Source: Octopus sinensis
Taxonomy: Eukaryota
Direction of reading: 5' to 3'
Length of the DNA stretch: 64,000 nt
Assembly: GCF_006345805.1 (NCBI RefSeq)
Contig: NC_043007.1
Location: forward strand, 68,076,001 to 68,140,000
Numbering within the stretch: position 1 is the first letter of the stretch; each line of letters starts with the position of its first letter. Positions 59,590-64,000 of this stretch are shown here, one piece after another. Under the pieces are notes generated by a model. That model saw only the letters and a program-made list of their open reading frames with translations, was not told the DNA's origin and made no database searches. The translations under genes were made by a program, and so were the position numbers.

Positions 59590-59970
59590 TTCTCAAATTT
59601 TGACACAAGGCCAGCAATTTCGGGTAAAGGGTAAGTCGATTATATCAACCTCAGTACTCAACTGGTACTTATTTTACCGACCTCGAAAGAATGAAAGGCA
59701 ATGCTGACCTCGGTGGAATTTGAACTCAGAACGTGAAGATGGACGAAATACCTATTTCTTTACTACCCATAAGGGGTTAAACACAGAGAGGACAAACAAG
59801 GACAGACATATGGATTAAGTCGATTATATCGTTCCCAGTGCGTAACTGGTGCTTAATTTATCGACCCAAAAAGGATGAAAGGCAAAGTCGACCTCGGCGG
59901 AATTTGAACTCAGAAAGTAACGGCAGACGAAATGCCGTTAAGCTTTTCGTCTGGCGCGCTAACGATTCTG
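59590..59970 (-). mobile_element. Dimeric SINE family A
   Basis: Same two-unit structure as 24265. Confidence 0.8.
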
Positions 59971-60505
59971 CTATAAGATACATATTAGCACAAAGAATAT
60001 TGGTTGAATATTCCCGCCAAACCTATACTAAGTGCAGACATAACAAACCTGGCAGCTATTTTGGAGAAAGAAGAAGTCATGTACAGTCATCAATGTAACT
60101 TACTATTATTGTTGTAAAAGCAGTGAAATGCCAAAGTTACAGTTGCTATAGTGCGGACAAACTACTTTGTGATATTAAATCAGTTCCTTTGAGGTGCAGA
60201 ATACGGTTTAGTGGTTAGTATATAGGACTCGCAATCTTAAGGTCTTGGTTTCATTTCCTAGACAACACGGTACGTTGTGTAAAACATTTGATTTCCCACT
60301 GCTCCAACCCACTCTACTGAAAATAAGCGCCAGCAGTTGCTAGGGAAGTTAACCCTCCGACGGATTAGCGTCCAATTCAGGAGAGTAGTACATAGCACAT
60401 TTCGTCGCTTGCAGGTCATAGAAACCGGAATAAACTTTGGCCTTGATCAGCTTCAAGCTCATGTCGGCCAGGATTTAATGTCATGATAACGTTTAAATCA
60501 TGCAA

Positions 60506-60921
60506 TCTATCTATATAAAGCTGAAGTTGTCTGTGTGTGGCAGGTTTAATAGGCTTCAACTAACACTATCTCCTCCGAGACCCTGCGGCGCAAGTTGACC
60601 AAAATGATAGAAGAAGGCTTGCTCTTCATTCCGTAGAAAAAAAAATTCAAATCGGACCATATTAACACCAAATTAACACCAAAAAGTATTTACATCAAAA
60701 AGTATTTACATCAAAAAGGTGCTTTTTTTCTATGAAAATCCCTATTTTTTTTACAATTTTTTGACTGCTGTATCGCGATTTTTCGGTGTATTTCAACCAG
60801 AAAAATATTCACTTAAAGAGAATAACAAGCTACATAATGCTAAAGTTTTACTTTTCAAAAATTCCAATTCTAAAGGGTCGAAAAGAAAACAAACCCGAGC
60901 AACGCCACGCAATACCACTAG
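60506..60921 (+). mobile_element. Non-autonomous Helitron
   Basis: A|TCTATCTATATAAAG start, subterminal cccgagcaacgcc hairpin remnant, CTAG|T end. Confidence 0.75.
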
Positions 60922-61573
60922 TTTTAAATAAAGGACATAAGTAGGCATAAAATAAAGCGGCATCGTGTTATGTAAAATGTTCATTTTCTTTTTTGTATAT
61001 TTGTTTATGTTTTTATTCCGTGATTAGATCGTAGCATATTCATGTAGGTTATCTCGTTAACAAAATACTGGAGAAATTAAGTGGATACCATCGACACCAG
61101 TACTTGACTGGTACTTTATTCGATCGATCCTAGCTCTGAAAGATAAAAACAAAGTTGACCTTAGCTGGATTTGGACTCAGGACGTAAATAGACAGAAGAA
61201 ATAAGGCAAGGCGATTCTGTCAGATACAAGGCCAGCCATTTTGATAGGTTATCTCCCTTGCACAATGAACTTGCGCGATGGAAAAAACAGAATAACAACA
61301 AAATCTATTTAGCGTGTAATTAAAGGAGTCAACATATGGTAAAGTTATTTGGGATATAGGTGATTAAAAGTTAATTAGAGCCATACAAGAAAGTATTAAG
61401 ATTAAACATATTGCAATGATTATGTAATCAGTTCTTGATTTGTAATGTTTAATTCATCGTGAGTAATCCTCATGTATGCGAAATAATCGAGCTTATAGTA
61501 AATTCGTTGAGTATATGATTAAAAGTAATAGTCTTTAATTTAAGTAGTCAAATATATAGGTGTTGCTATAGGT

Positions 61574-61668
61574 GCCTCGGTAGCGCAGTAGGCAGCGCGT
61601 CAGTCTCATAATCAAGTAAAGTCATCAGAGGAATCTGAAGGTCGTGAGTTCGATCCTCACCTGGGGCA
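61574..61668 (+). tRNA. tRNA-Met(CAT), elongator type, with 22-nt intron (61611-61632)
   Basis: Exons identical to the 49353 copy; intron differs at 2 positions; TTTT downstream. Confidence 0.95.
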
Positions 61669-61998
61669 CATAGTTTTATTTTAAATAACTTTATTTTCTT
61701 ATGCCATAAAGAGCTCGTTTTATAAATAGAGGTGGAGATATTTAACAGAATCTGACACAGAAGGAAACCCGTTTTGTAAGAGGATGTGTCATATTAGATT
61801 CAAATTTTGGGTAAGTAGTCAATCGATTACATCTACCCAGTGCTCAACTAGTACTTATTTTATCGACCTCGAAAGGATGAAAGGCAAAGTCGTTCTTCGC
61901 CGAATTTGACCTCAGAACGTGAAAACGTACGAAATTCCGTTAAACATTTTGCCTGACGTGCGAACGATTCTCTCAGCCAACCGTCTTATTAGGTTGTA

Positions 61999-62046
61999 TC
62001 ATACTGATCAATCTTAAGCTTATGCGTTCGATCCTCACCAAGGGCA
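61999..62046 (+). pseudogene. 3' fragment of a decayed tRNA-Met copy
   Basis: tgcgttcgatcctcaccaagggca followed by a T-run. Confidence 0.55.
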
Positions 62047-62245
62047 TATTGTTTTACTTTAATGTTTCTATTTTCTGATACAAAAATAATCTATTTTATA
62101 GAAGGGTGTGTGTAGATATTTCTTAGATTTACAAATCTCCAAATTCTATTGTGGAATCTAAGGGGTTATGAATTCAACCCAGACTTCTGGAAAATGTTTT
62201 TGATTCTGCATAATGTGTATACATTTATCATTTATCTCTCTAGAA

Positions 62246-62493
62246 CAGGTGTTCTCATCCGGGGTCCGTATGGCCCTTGGGGGTCCATGTAAGATTTTGT
62301 GATTGAAATTTATTTGGCTATACTTTTACAATACACACAATATTGCGATACTTTTGTTATATACAACTCCTAAACTTATTTGATTATAAAAACGTAATAG
62401 AATTTTTTTTACACATCAAGTGGCTATGTGGGTCCATCCAAGTGAAATAGGAATCAAAGAGGTCCATAAGTAAAAAAAGGTGTTGAGAAAGTG
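62246..62493. mobile_element. hAT (Charlie-like) MITE
   Basis: CAGGTGTTCTCA..TGAGAAAGTG termini; TSD ctctagaa/gtctagaa fits NTCTAGAN. Confidence 0.7.
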
Positions 62494-63270
62494 GTCTAGA
62501 AAGTTTTTTTTACTATTCTGAAAACTCCCACATCAGCTCAACTCCCAATAGTACAATAACATCATGTGTATAGTTAGTCGACGAATAGCCGTAATATATT
62601 TATATTTTCTAACAGATATACGAAGACACAGCCTGGCATATCGGATGTACTGAAGCAGTCAGGACATGTACTTTCACCATTTCCAGATAGTTCATATACT
62701 GGGGCTGGTCACAGCGGGGCCTTTTCTAGTCAGAAGGTGTACTCGGTCAGTATGGAACAGTTGCTGTTCCTCTGTTATTATTGATGAGACGTTAGTCCAT
62801 TTTGTAGCAACCTACTGTAGCCTATAACAAGCTGGTATCGATTACTTGATACACGTTGACAGCTAATATTCAAGGCGATAAAATAAAGACCCAGTTTTTG
62901 ACTTATACTTAATCTTATTGACTCTGTATAATACTTGTGCTTTATTGTTTTTCGATTTCGGAAGGGTAAAAGGTAAAGTTGACTTTGAGTTTAGAACATC
63001 AAAAACCTTACACTATAATAAAGCAACATGTTACCTAATTAACGGGTAAAGCTTTTAACACAATGTAATAACAAACACAGCTAATTAATATTAATTAGGG
63101 TTATTCAAAGAAGGAAATTGCTAAAGTATATGGCAATCATTCTGTAAAAATTACCTGAGTAATAACGACATATGTAAGAAATAGTAGATAATGTATGCAT
63201 ATCAGGTGAGTGCATAACAATTAGAAAGTAATCATGTGTATATAACGAACTACTACGCCAGCTGTCACTT

Positions 63271-63365
63271 TCCACGGTAGCGCAGTAGGCACCGCGTCAG
63301 TCTCATAATCAATCCAAGTCTGTGGAGGAATTTGAAGGCCGTGAGATCGACTCTCCCCAGGAGCA
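63271..63365 (+). pseudogene. Diverged tRNA-Met(CAT) copy with 22-nt intron (63308-63329)
   Basis: Same length as the intact copies and anticodon retained, but substitutions in the acceptor stem, D-arm and T-loop (GAGATCGAC). Confidence 0.85.
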
Positions 63366-63910
63366 TGAGCTATTTTTTCTTGAAAAAATTCATTTTCTGA
63401 CACACTTGAAGATCAGCTTTATAAAGTAAGGTGTAATTTTCTTTTTAGATTTTTAAGTGATCGACTATATAGAGTGTGACCCACAAGTTGAAATGCTCTA
63501 CAAAACAGTCAAATGAATCCTGCTTGGTGGATAGATCCTAGTTGTAAAACACGGATCATGTACCAGGTACCAACCTACTAAGGACAGAAAGGAGATAACT
63601 TTAAAATTAACGAAAGTTTTATCAGTTTTATGTTCAAGTTCTAGTCTCCTCTAGGAGAATGTATATTTATTCGTTGACCGTCTATCTATACGGTGCTGCT
63701 AGACATTTAAGAGCTGATGTGATGTTTCTTAGTAAATAATTGAAAATTAAGAACATTTGTCCCTCATCAAAGATCGAAGTCATCAGCCTCAAATTCCTCA
63801 ATATTTTGGGATTTTTTAAATCTAACAAACATTTATACATTTCTTTATAAAATAGGTTTTCTTCCGTGTCAGAAAATATAATCATTCAACTTAAAAAAAT
63901 AAAAGTAATG

Positions 63911-64000
63911 TGCCCCAGGTGAGGATCGAACTCACGACCTTCAGATTCCTCAACGTGCTTAGTTTGATTATGAGACTGACGCGCTGCCTACTGCGCTACC
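63911..64000 (-). tRNA. tRNA-Met(CAT), elongator type, with 22-nt intron (63947-63968); first 5 nt lie beyond the window
   Basis: Visible exon sequence identical to the other intact copies; intron ATCAAACTAAGCACGTTGAGGA; TTTT downstream. Confidence 0.92.

Overview
This is repeat-dense, AT-rich animal nuclear DNA, most likely from an octopus (inferred from a cox1 NUMT with cephalopod-like residues and from tRNA-derived SINEs and dense microsatellites that look octopus-like). I recognise no host protein-coding gene; almost all ORFs in the supplied track are microsatellite or transposon artefacts. Supported content: (1) a cluster in the last 15 kb of four apparently intact elongator tRNA-Met(CAT) genes, each with a canonical-position intron (15 or 22 nt), plus four decayed copies; (2) a cox1 NUMT split by a SINE; (3) two tandem Tx1/L1-like LINE copies embedded in (TATC)n arrays; (4) R4/Dong-like, RTE and CR1-like LINE fragments; (5) several SINE families; (6) mariner, Tc1, Tigger, hAT, Helitron and Merlin-like non-autonomous DNA elements, one family carrying internal telomere-like repeats; (7) a young 454-bp inverted duplication. 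The best candidates for undescribed biology are the intron-containing animal tRNA-Met family and the apparent microsatellite-targeting LINEs. No database search was possible, so family names rest on motif recognition.
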